Of a stretch of DNA of 64,000 nt, positions 25,444-36,304 are shown piece by piece. The position numbers and the translations under genes were made by a program. The notes below the pieces were generated by a model. That model was not told the origin of the DNA. It did no database searches and saw nothing but the letters and a program-made list of their open reading frames with translations. The first letter of the stretch is position 1, and every line of letters begins with the position of its first letter. This DNA is from Mobula hypostoma (lineage: Eukaryota): positions 30,816,001 to 30,880,000 of the forward strand of contig NC_086097.1 of NCBI RefSeq assembly GCF_963921235.1, written 5' to 3'.

Positions 25444-26545
25444 GACCATAAGACAGAGGAGCAGAATTACATCATTTGGCCCATTGAGTCCGCTGTGCCA
25501 TTCAATCATGGCTGAATTATTTTCCTTCTCAACCTCATTCTCCCGTCTTCTCCTAGTAACCTTTGCTGCCCTTACTGATCAAGAAACTATCAACCTCCAC
25601 TTCTGTAGAACAGTGATCTACAGTTCAAACTATGGTTCTTCACAAGCGGTGGGTTTTTGTACCAACTATGGGGCTGATTGTTTTGCTATCTCCAGGAACA
25701 GCCTGGAAGACACGCACCCTCAGAGCTGGGAGGTTGGAAGTCAGGAAGCAACCCCATGGACGACCCAGTTTTTTGACAATTTCACTGAATGAAGCATCGT
25801 AGGAGAGTGAAACAACGAGACTGGAACAATGAGACAGCAGGCTAATCGCCGGCTGCTATCGAAGTAAGGTCCCTGTACTCGAGCAATCCCTCTCTCTTTC
25901 TTGATGGATCCTCTCAGTCCTTGAGATGCTTGGACAAGCCACATGGAAGTTTGAAACATCAGAACAGTGAGTTGCTGGTCTCCACCCTTGTTGCAGGAAC
26001 GACCTCTCTCCCCCTCACCGGACAGAGAGGGCCTGTCTGAGATACTGAAGTGCTGGCTTGTGAACTGTAGTTTGATGGATTCTAGATCAATGGACTCTTT
26101 GGTGTTTCTGTTGATGCTTGCATGTCTGGGGGGGGAGGGGGTCAGTGTTTCTGCTGGTGAGGGAGGGTACTGGGGTCAGTGCTTCTGCTGGCGCAAGGTG
26201 GAGAGAGAGTCCATGCTTTTACTGCGACTTGTGTAAAAGGAGGGGAGGAGGGGCTTTGGGGTTACAATGCTTCTATCATTCTATGGGGATTCTTTGTTTC
26301 ATGGACTTCGTGAAGAGGACAAATTTCAGGTTGTATACTGTATACATACTCTGATAGTAAATGTACTTTGAAATTATCAATATATGCAATAACTTGGCAT
26401 CCACAAAAAGTAACACAGATTCATCAGCCTTTGGTTAAAGACATTCCTCCTCATCTGTTCTAAAAGACATCCTTCTCTTCTGAGGCTATGCCCTCAGGTC
26501 CTAGACTCTCCCACTATTGGAAACATCTCCTCCATGTCCAGTTAA
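25444..26545 (-). mobile_element. CR1 3' end split by an insertion at ~25602-26373
   Basis: gaccataagacagaggagcagaatt...ctatcaacctccac breaks off and resumes at ~26380 with aatatatgcaataacttggcatccaca. Confidence 0.8.
25602..26373 (+). mobile_element. Non-coding retroelement with a LINE-like (Rex1-type) tail
   Basis: Interrupts CR1, has no recognisable ORF, and ends aatttcaggttgtatactgtatacatactctgatagtaaatgtactttgaa. Confidence 0.6.
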
Positions 26546-26899
26546 AGTACTTTCTTTCAAGCATTTGTTAAATATCATTTTGAAAGTTACTACCCAATCT
26601 CCTTCTGTACTCAAGCCAATACACTCTATGTCACAAGTCAATACTCCAAATACTGTTTTCCTTTGCTTCCTTTGGATCTTTAGCTAAGCATCTGAGTTCA
26701 ATTTCCTCTGGTCACCAATCCTTTGGTCTCTGAAAACATTTCCCAATGTAGCAAAGAAAGCAAAATTCTTTCCCAGAACCAGACTTACTAATTCCAGAAT
26801 TGTCCTGGAGTCCATCAGAAGCTGAAGACCAACCTTGGGTTAAGTCTATTATGCGGTGTATTCCAGGGCTCAGTGCTGCATTCACCAATGTTTAATCAT

Positions 26900-27112
26900 T
26901 AGCGGTGCGATAGCCTAGTGATTAGCGCAATGTTTACAGCTGCTGTCTATAAGGCCTTTGTACATTCTCCTCGTGACTGTGTGGGTTTCCTCTAGGTGCT
27001 CTGCTTTCTTCCCATATCCCAGAGACTTACGAGTTAGGGCTAGTAAGTTGCACGCTTGCTATGTTCTATGTTGGTGTGGGAAGCTTGGTGACAGCTGTGG
27101 GCTGCCCATAAT
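26900..27112 (+). mobile_element. V-SINE, 3'-truncated
   Basis: ttctcctcgtgactgtgtgggtttcctctaggtgctctgctttcttcccata core. Confidence 0.8.
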
Positions 27113-27114
27113 AC

Positions 27115-28215
27115 ATCTTGAGAGGAGGGTGAGAAGTGACTTGATAGAAGTGTACAAGGTCATAAGAGGCATCGATAGAGAGGACAAGAAGAGACATTTG
27201 CCCCAAGCGGCAGTGGCTAATACAACGGGGCATAATTTTAAGATGACTGGAGGAAAGTATAGTGGTGGGATGTCAGAGATGGTTCTTTACACAGAGAGTG
27301 GTGAGTGCATGGAACACACTGCTAGAGTTGGTGTTAGAGGCAGATGCAGTAGGGACAAAGTACATTATCAAAGTATGTATATATTATATAATCTTGATAT
27401 TCATTTCCTAAAAGGAAGTCACAAGACAAAGAAACCCAAAAGAGCCCATAAAAATGTCAAATACCAAATGTGCAGAAATAAAACAAATCATGCAACCAAA
27501 AAACACAAACAAATAGCACTTTGAACTGAAGGTCACAAAGAGATTCCATCCACAGATCCTCGGTTCTGCACAGAACCAGCCTGGCCCTCACCTCAGCCTT
27601 GACAAACTGACCTGTTCAATCTAAGTCTTCTTCCAAACGTTGAGTTCAGACGCTGCAATACAGTCTGGGGCCTGGACCCCACCACCTCAATTCAGCCTGT
27701 ACCCGACCTTATCAATTTGGCCTGATGCTTAAATCATCATCCAAATATCAGGTTCAGTTGCTTCGGTACACTCTGGGGACTTGACCCCCACAACTTTGAT
27801 TCTGCCTGTACCTGACCTTTCCAGTTCGGTCTGGTGCTTAAAACTATCAAACCTCAGGTCTTCTTTGCTCTCAGTGACAGGCCCACTGCCTCGCCTCACC
27901 ACAGTTCTGCCACAGTGAATTGCCTCCAAAGGGAGGTTACAGCCAATTGTTTGCGATGACCATTTACCAGAAAAAAAAATGGTCTATATAATGGTCTAAT
28001 TAATGGTCTATCTAATTAAAAAGAATTTTTTTTGTTTCATTGGCCACTGGCCAGAAGTCACCGAGATTCACGACTACCATCTTAAACTGGAAGATCCAAA
28101 GGAAGAAAGGAAAATGGTGGTCTATGTGAAAGGGAAGGGTCAGATTGATCTTAGAGAAAGTTAAAGCATCAGCACAGTATCATGGGCTAAAGGGCCTGTA
28201 CTGTGCTATACTGTT
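27115..28215 (+). mobile_element. CR1 3' end split by an insertion at 27356-28093
   Basis: ERRVRSDLIEVYKVIRGIDR...ANTTGHNFK. The 3' UTR resumes at ~28095. Confidence 0.85.
27356..28093 (-). mobile_element. Non-coding retroelement with YY1-type head and Rex1-type tail
   Basis: Minus strand starts cttccagtttaagatggtag and ends in ...tttgataatgtactttg, resembling Rex1 3' UTRs in this window. Confidence 0.65.
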
Positions 28216-28354
28216 CTTGGACGAGCTAGGTTTATTCTTCCTGGAATGTAGAAGTTTACAAATTTATGAAGGGCTATCAGGGTTAAATTCTTTTTCCCAG
28301 AACACAAGTGACTTAGAACTAGAGGACACAGGTTTAAGGTGAGAGGTGAGGAGG

Positions 28355-28525
28355 GCTAGGGTTAGAGTTAATGAGTTGCGGGCACGTTACATTGGCGTCA
28401 GAAGCATGTTGACACTTGAGGACTGCCCCCAGCAAAATTCTCAGATTGGGTAAGCCATTGATGCAAAACAACTTATTTCACTGTATGTTTCAATGTACAT
28501 GTAACAAATAGAGATAACCTTATCT
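28355..28525 (+). mobile_element. V-SINE 3' half
   Basis: Shares ttcactgtatgtttcaatgtacatgtaacaaata with the other SINE copies. Confidence 0.75.
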
Positions 28526-29258
28526 TAAAGAATTAAGCATTAGATATAACAGTCAGATCTTTTTCTGTAGGTTCTTTAAATTACAAGGCAATCACAAAAT
28601 AACAGAAGGAATCATGACCTATATGGAACAGCATTGATTATCATCAGTATGGCCTTCAGCTTTTTTTAACTGAAAATCATCCCTGCTCTATCAGCATCCA
28701 ATATCTCCCACTCTCCCTGTCTACCCAACATCAGAGTGAACAAACAGCATGTTTTTAATTGCTGACTTGAATCCTTTGTATTTGCTAGTAAGAGAATTTG
28801 ATCGTGGCTGTTAACACAGCAACCTGATCACTGATGAAAGACGCAAGTAAAAGTGGTGCAACTAAATTGAACAATTGAACAAAAGAAATGAGAAGGTTCA
28901 GGTATGATCACACACACACACACACACTTGCACACACGAAAAGCTTGGGAACATAACTAAACTGGGTGCTGCTAATTACCAAAGGACACCCATTTAAGAT
29001 ACTGTATGTGAATGAAAGTATAGGGGGAATGTGGAATAGTAGGTGTGTGGAATATGCTGCCAGGGCTGGTGGTACAGGCATATACATTAGGGACATTTAG
29101 AATACTCTACATCAGTTGACCTAGACCCTGTTGTAATCTCAGATAGTCTTCTTCCCTGTCCACCATGCCACCAAACTTTTCTCTGGAGAGCCAAAGGCTG
29201 AGGAGTGACCTGACAAAAGTATATAAAATTATCATAGATAGAGTTGATGGTCAAAGAC

Positions 29259-29471
29259 TAGGGTAATGTAATCAGTATAAATGTACATAATTCACAGCCA
29301 CCAGCATTGAGTTGGGGTTCACTTTACGAGGCAATTTTGACACAATTACATAATTACGTAAAGTACTTTCACCGCACTTTGTGCTCAGTGCCTGGATTTA
29401 CAATAAGTGAGTTGCTTCGGATTTTTCTTAAACATAAAATGCCTCCGCTGCTTTGTTTGTGAAAACCTACA
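29259..29471 (+). repeat. 5' LTR
   Basis: Ends gtgaaaacctaca at 29471. Its 3' part matches 32755-32878 (cttaaacataaaatgcctcc is identical). Confidence 0.85.
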
Positions 29472-29472
29472 T

Positions 29473-29488
29473 TGGTGACCCCAGTGAT
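29473..29488 (+). promoter_or_regulatory. Primer-binding site, tRNA-Trp-like
   Basis: TGGTGACCCCAGTGAT lies 1 nt after the LTR. The vertebrate tRNA-Trp PBS is TGGTGACCCCGACGTGAT. Confidence 0.75.
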
Positions 29489-32400
29489 CTAGAACGATTC
29501 CAGAGTTACTGAACATGTCAGCCAATGCAGTCAATTTAAAACTGCTGGAGTTTTGGGAGCAAAATGCCGTTGCTTGGTCCAAGTCGGGCCACCACTGACA
29601 GCAAGATCTACTATGCTGTAGTGTCGCTTGGAAACCCTACGGCTGCAAGAACGGTGAGTCTACCAGAACACCTGCCTGAACACGGTAACTACTCATCACG
29701 GAAATCTCACCTTTTATAGACTCATGGACTATCAGAGTATGAGCACGCCAAACAGATGCTCTCTTTGCCTGGCCTCAGCGATGCTAAATCGTCAGAACTA
29801 ATGGACCACATGTTGACTCTCCTGGGAAATCACCATCCTTGTTTTATTTTTAAAGAAACCTTCATGCAGCAAATGCCTGATCAAGTCCGCTTAGCACCCG
29901 TGAAAGACTATAGGGAGCTTGTTAAAATGGCTGATAGTCTCCACTCAGCTAAGCAGCGATGCATCACTCCTCCTCCTTTCTCCAGCTCAATAAGCCCGGT
30001 CAGCTAGGCCCCCAACATAAGGACACTTGTGCCTGTGAAACAGACAACGCAGGGCCTGTGCTTTTACCACACTCGCTTTGGTACGAATGCTAGGAAGTGG
30101 CAATTGCCTTGCAGCTTCAACGGTGCCAGCACATCAAGACATTAGAGGTCTGTGACCACTGTGGGTTCCAGCTCCCAGGGTTATCTACTGTTCATTATGG
30201 ACACCCTTTCAGGGCACTGCTTCCTGTGAGTGTGTTCAAGTGAGTGGGCTGCCAGAATCGCCTATTGATGAAAAGGCAAAGAGCAAGAAACCTCATCCGA
30301 GGCTGCCAACAGCAGCAGGATCCAGACTTACAGGATATGACAGGTGACGCTCTGCTTCAGTGGGCAACGTTACACACGGGACTTCGTCCTGGCTAAGGTG
30401 GCTAGACCCCTACTCGGTGTAGATTCCTGTGTACCCAAGGACTAATACTCAATCTTAAAAACTACTGGCTGGCAGATATCAAGGACTTTAGGTTGTTAAC
30501 CTGCTTCCCCAGTTAGTTCCCCACAACAACTCTGTCAAGCGTATGCACCGCTGCATGCAAATTTACTTCACTGCTAGCTGAATTCCCAAACCTCAGCAAG
30601 CTCATATTCTCCACCACACTCACAATACATGGCGTCGAGCACTACATTTCTACAACTGGCCCGCCTGTGCATGACCGCACGCATAGACCGGACCCAGAAA
30701 AGCTGGTATCTGCAAAGGCTGGGTTTGCCAATGTGGAAAGACTTGGCATTGTATGCTAGTCGAATAGCCCCTAGGCTTTGCCCCTCGATATGGTCCCTAA
30801 GTCCGATGGCGATTGCTGCCCATGTGTTGATTACCAATGCCTTAACAAAATCACTATGCCCAATCGCTACCTGGTCCCACACATCCAGGACTTGTCCGCA
30901 TGTTTAGCCTGAAAGTTAATTCTTTCCAAAATCAATCTAGTCAGGGGCTACCATCACGTGCCTGTGTGCTCAGAGGACGTTCCCAAAATGGCTGTGATAA
31001 CCCTGTTTGGCCTTTTTGAGTTTCCGTGCATGCCATTTGGACTGAAAAATGCAGCACAGACTTTGTAGCGGCTGATGGACTCTGTATTAAAAGACTTAGA
31101 TTTTCTTTTCATTTACCTGGATAACATACGTGCTGCCAAAGCATCCCAATCCGAACATGTACCTCATCTCCGCATACTTATCAAGCACTTAAGACACGGA
31201 TTGATTATTAGCCCTGCTAAATGCCAGTTTGGGTTGTCAACCACTGACATTATCAACCGTTGCTTCTCTGCAGAAGGTGCAAAACATCTCCCATCAAAGG
31301 TATTATAGATTTCCCACTGCCCCACACTACTAAAAAATTGCTGGAGTTTTTAGGCATGGTGAATTTCTATCACCAGCTCATTCCGCAAGCTGCTGAATTT
31401 ATGCTCCCCCTGTAAAGTGTGCTTAAAGGCAATAATCCTAATCACGTGCTTGACTGGTCAGCGGACATGACCAGGGCAATTGATGATACCAAACAAGCTC
31501 TTTCCAACACAACCCTACTGGCCCACAATGCACCTGTGGCCATTACTACAGACGCTTCAGACTATGCTGTGGGTGCTGTGGGTGCTGTGCACAAACAATT
31601 GGTCAGATGCGTGTGGCAGCCACTTGCATTCTTCAACCAACAGCTCCGCCTGCCCCCACCCCACAAAAAGAAATATAGCACATTTGACCATGAGCTTCTC
31701 AGTCTCTATCTAGCTGTCCGCCATTTTCATTTTCTTCTTGTGTGTTTCCATTTCACAGTGTTTGTTGACCACAAACCCCCTGTGCATGCATTAGCCAAAA
31801 TATCAGACCCTTGGTCTGCATGGTAGCAATGTCAACTGGCCTACATATCAGAGTTCACAACTGATATACAATAGATCAAAGGGAAAATTAATGCCGTGGC
31901 CAATTGCCTCTCATGGCAATCCGTTGAGGCCATACACATAGGGGTTGACAACACTGGCATGGCAACCGACCAGAGGTCCAGGCGTACTGAACAGCAGTCA
32001 CAGGCCTGCGGTTGGCTGACATTAAGTTTGGAGAAGCTGGGGTTTATCTCCTGTGCGATATCACAACCAGTTGACCTCGTCCCACAGTGCCTGCAAACTG
32101 GAGGTGGACTGTTTTTCACTCCACACATGGCCTCTAACATCCGGGTCAGAAGGCCGCACAGAAACTGGTTGCACTGAAATTTGTGTGGCACAGCCTTAGA
32201 AACGATGTGCGTGATTGGACTGCAGCCTGTGTAGAGTGCCAGCAGACAGAGGACATCCCTCTAGCACTGACGATGGCTGCAGATGTGGCTTGGGCAAACT
32301 GAGCAACCTGGGTTGCTCAGTTTGGCACGCCACCTGACCACAGTCCCCAATTTACATCGGACCTCTGGGCTGTGATGGTCCAGTATCTCAGTACTAGGCT

Positions 32401-32754
32401 ACATCACACCAGAGCATTTCACCCGTAGTCCAATGGCCTATGAGGTTTCACCGCTCCTTAAAGGCTGCTCCGAGGGCTTCCCTGACAGAGCATTGGCATG
32501 ATCGTCTTCTGTGGGTCCTGCTGGGGCTCAGAACAGCTCCAAAAGAGGACCTGCAGTCATCTGTGGCTGAATTGGTTTACAGGCAGCTGTTACAAGTGCC
32601 AGGTGCCAGGACAGCCTGGTTGGCCTCTCAGCAACGTTCTACCATCTTCAGTAAATTCAATTCCTTTTCACCTATTCCTACCTCCTATCGTGGCATACAA
32701 CATCCTTGGGTACCTGTTGACCTACATTCTATCTCATTTGTTTTCGTCCACCAT

Positions 32755-32878
32755 GATGTAATTACGCAAAGTATTTTTACTGCGCTTTGCGTTCGGTGTT
32801 TGGATTACAATAAATGAGTTTTTACAGTTGTTACTTAAACATAAAATGCCTCCACCATTTTATTTGTGAAAACTCACA
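32755..32878 (+). repeat. 3' LTR, 5'-truncated
   Basis: Diverged copy of ~29350-29471, fused directly to integrase sequence. Confidence 0.85.
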
Positions 32879-32879
32879 G

Positions 32880-34810
32880 AAGTCCTTTTCCCAGATTGGA
32901 AGTGAGATATATTGGCAAGCATAGTTTTAAGGTGAGGGATAGGGGGAATTTTTTTTTTAAAAAGAAGATTTGCAGAGCAAGTTTTATTACACAGAGAGTG
33001 GGGGTGGAGGGGGGGTGCCTGTAAAGAACTGCCAGGGCAGGTGTTCAAAGCAGATACAACAGCAACATTTCAGAATCAGAATCACAGTCTGTATAACATT
33101 GTTCAGTGCAGATCAGCAGTACAGTTCAAAGATATCAAATTACCACGAATTACAAAAAAAATCAAATTAGAAACACTTAGACAGGCACATGAACTGGCAG
33201 GGAGTGAAGAGATATAGATCATGGGCAGTTTCAACTGGCACAGAAGGGCCTGTTCCTGTGTTGTATTGTTCTAGGTTCTATGTCACCTTAAAAGTGTTCA
33301 GTTCTGGTTGCCTCATTATAGGAAAGATATGGAAGCTTTAGAGAGGGTGCAGACGAGATTTGCCAGGACGTTGCCTGCATCAGAGAGCATGTCTCTTATG
33401 AGGATAGATTGAGTGAGCTCGGGCTTTTCTCTTTGGTGCGAAGGAGGATGAGAGGTGACTTGATAGAGGTATGCAAAATGATAAGAGGGGCATTGACAGA
33501 GTGGACAGCCAGAGACTTTTACCCAGGGCAGAAATGGCTAATACAAAAGAGCATCATTTTAAGGTGATCAGAGGAAAGTATAGGAGGGATGTCAGAGGTG
33601 GGTTTTGTTTATACAGAGTATGATGAACATGTGGAATGCCCTGCCAGAGGTGGTGGTAGAGGTAGATATGTTAGGGAGATTTAAGAGACTCTTAGACCAA
33701 GTTCAAGTTTACCTGTCATTCAATCATACATGAATACCCATGAATACAGCCAAATGAAACAGTGTTACTCTGAGGCCAAGGTGACACAGTATTAATAGTC
33801 ATATACAGCAAAATGCACATATAGCATATATAAAATAACAGTAAAATGCAGTCATACAGAAAATATATAGTCCAAGTCCCTGAATCCAGGAATGTTCCTG
33901 CAATCCACATTTGAACACAATACAGCCTGTCTTCAGCTGAGCAAACACTGGAGAGCAGCACCGACTCCAATACTTCTCCACTGGACAGATGCAAACAGGA
34001 GACACAGGCCTAGTCCTTGCCTCCACCAAGTCCACACAACTTCCTTGCCATCCACACAACACAAGGCACTTAAAGCCCATACAAGTCAGTAGTAAACAGT
34101 CACACACAAAATAAGAACACAATCTAATTGTCTGTGTCCAGGAATACCACAGTAGTTTGCAGCCAAACACAACACAGCTTGTCCTCTGCCAAGCAAAACA
34201 CTGAGGGCAGCTCCAATGCCCCTGACACCAACTCTGACAACCACACCCCCTCAGAGGGCTGCAAACAGATGATACTGCGGCTTGAGGCGAAGTCCTCGCT
34301 ATGACTGAGGCCCTGAGTTCCTCTGCTATCTACACCCGCGCTCACCAATAAACGAGGTAACTGGACTTGCAGCATTCCACGTTATCAAAGTCCAACTGGG
34401 TCTTGTGATCACAAGAAAAGCAACTAAGACCATTACTCGCTGTCAGACTGCACACTGCCTTTGTACACCTACACCATCACCTCTCCAGTCAAGTCCAGCT
34501 CCTTCAGTTTCTCCGCCTCGCTAATGGGGTAGACTTGCAATACTTCAAGTTCTTAATGCCCAGCAGGATCTGGCAACCGTAAAAAAATACACTTAAAAAA
34601 GACAATAACTCCTTTGGTTAGCCCTGTGGAAGCCACTGCATCTGAGCACATCACCATCTTACTGGAAAAATATCAGATAGGTGCTTGGATGATTTAAAAA
34701 ATGGAGAGCTATACAGGAGGAAAGGGTTACATTGATCTTGGAGAAGGTTAAAAGGTCAGCGCAACAGCATGGGCTGAGGGCCCTGTACTGCGCTGTACTG
34801 TTCTATATTC
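32880..34810 (+). mobile_element. Two tandem CR1 3' fragments (~32880-33285 and ~33295-34810), the second split by 33697-34666
   Basis: QFWLPHYRKDMEALERVQ, RRRMRGDLIEV and 3' UTRs of the ...gggccctgtactgcgctgtactgttcta type. Confidence 0.85.
33697..34666 (-). mobile_element. Non-coding retroelement with YY1-type head and Rex1-type tail
   Basis: Minus strand starts ttccagtaagatggtg. The tail caagttcaagttt...gccaaatgaaacag resembles the Rex1 tail at 11835. Confidence 0.65.
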
Positions 34811-34854
34811 TAATGGCCGAACAGGTGAAGGTGTCTTTAGACAACATACAGCAT

Positions 34855-34980
34855 TAGTTTGTGAGAGTTTGCTTAAAGAATTATCTGCCATTTTTTCTGC
34901 ATTGTTAGAGAGACTGCACTCATTGGCCGTAAAGCACTTTGGGATGCCGTACAATTACGGGAAGGTGCTCCACAGATCCC
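34855..34980 (+). mobile_element. Ancient Deu-SINE-like (AmnSINE1/SacSINE1-type) 3' remnant
   Basis: tcattggccgtaaagcactttgggatg resembles the recalled tail ttcattggctgtaaagcgctttgggacg. An inverted relative lies at ~59630-59700. Confidence 0.5.
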
Positions 34981-35029
34981 CACATTTTCAGGGTAGAAGC
35001 AAGGATGGTTGCAGAGATCTCCTAGCATC

Positions 35030-35690
35030 AAGGATCAGCTTTATTCGTCATACACTTTTTCATGTATTAGGATCTTGCTGTGGTGTGTCAGTCAGCAAGT
35101 GACATGCAACAAAAACAACATTCAATTATAAAATTTAAGTTAGAGGTTAAAGTACAAATATGGAATTAAAATGTATAAATACATATATACCAGAATGTAC
35201 TTACAATGCAAAGATCATTACTAAAAGTGGTTTAAAGTGATAACCATGCAGGCAGTGACAGGGATAATAGATAGAGTGTAGTTGGAGGCTAACAAGAATG
35301 GTTATCAGATTAACTGCCTGGGAGAAGAAGCTTTTAAGATGGAATGAAGTTTTTTTGTTTTAATAGCCCTATAGTGCTTGCCAGAAGGAAGCTTTTGGAA
35401 AGGCAGTTGCAGAGAGGGTAGTATCCATAATGATTTCTTTTCTTCCCACTTCTTTATCCTGGACAAGTCCAGCAGCGATGGTAGACTGCAGCCAATGGCA
35501 ATTTCTGCTGACCTGACCGTTCATTGTAGTTTTCGTATACTGTTAGAGGATGCTATACCAAACCAGGCACTAATGGCTGATGTCAGGATGCTCTCTATGA
35601 TAGCAGTGTAGAATTACAACAATATGTTCTGAGGAAAGTGGAATTTTAGCAACTTCTGCAAAAAGTCCATTCTCTGCAAAGCCACAGAGC
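35030..35690 (-). mobile_element. Rex1/Babar LINE 3' fragment, old
   Basis: gcctgggagaagaagct and ataccaaaccagg...tcaggatgctctctatga (ESILTS..AWFG on the minus strand). Confidence 0.75.
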
Positions 35691-36304
35691 ATAGAAGGCT
35701 CCTCAGTTTTCAGCCAGGCAAATGCTTTTCTATTGAGGAACAAATCATATCTGTGTCCTCGATGGAAGTTGGTGTAGTGGGAAAGAAATACTTCAGTTTT
35801 TGGAGTTAAGTGTTCCTGAGTTCAGAACTCCATGTTGTAAATTTCATCTGAAGGGGTGAATCAGAGGTGGTGAGTGCAGGAGAGAGCAATAATACACTAG
35901 AATTTTTCAGTCATGTAGGTAGCACCTGGTCTCCTAAAGAATAAATCAGCCAAACAAGAATTAATGCAGTCAGCTTGATGGAGTCTATGTGTAAACAGTT
36001 GGGTGGACGAGCTGCTACATGCTCGCTTCCACACACACACTCACACACACACACATGTACGCAAACACACACACACAAAGCAAATTCAGTTTTTCAAAAC
36101 TTGCCACTTTAGCTTTGAGAGAAAGGTACAACAGTGAGAGACTGAAAAACTTCACACACACACATGCAGACACACAAATACTGACCTATACAAGCAGGGG
36201 AAGGTATTCTCTCTCCTTCAGTATGGTCTAACCAAGTGGGCATATTCATGCCACTAAACTCAGGGATAGCTTCTGCCCCACTGTTACCAGACAGCTTTCA
36301 TACA

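Larger units (their letters stand above)
29259..32878 (+). mobile_element. Gypsy/Ty3 LTR retrotransposon, decayed near-complete provirus inserted in CR1
   Basis: Gag NAVNLKLLEFWEQNAVAW, RT MPFGLKNAAQ and IYLDN, RNase H TTDASDYAVGAV...YSTFDHELLSLY...VDHKP, and integrase WVLLGLRTAPKEDL. It has two related LTR segments, and CR1 sequence lies on both sides. Confidence 0.93.

Noticed and set aside
25652..25695. GGTTTTTGT, a perfect V(D)J RSS nonamer
   Set aside because: There is no CACTGTG heptamer at 12 or 23 nt, it lies inside a retroelement, and I saw no Ig/TCR segments.
26958..27524. 188-aa ORF, and the 193-aa ORF at 52504-53085
   Set aside because: Chance read-through across SINE, CR1 and other repeat junctions.
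28831..28860. CTGATGA followed by a GCAA hairpin
   Set aside because: It has no GAAA box or stem I, so it is not a hammerhead. The same applies to CTGATGA at 49081.
36031..36176. CA-rich tracts (also 28909-28936)
   Set aside because: Ordinary microsatellites.
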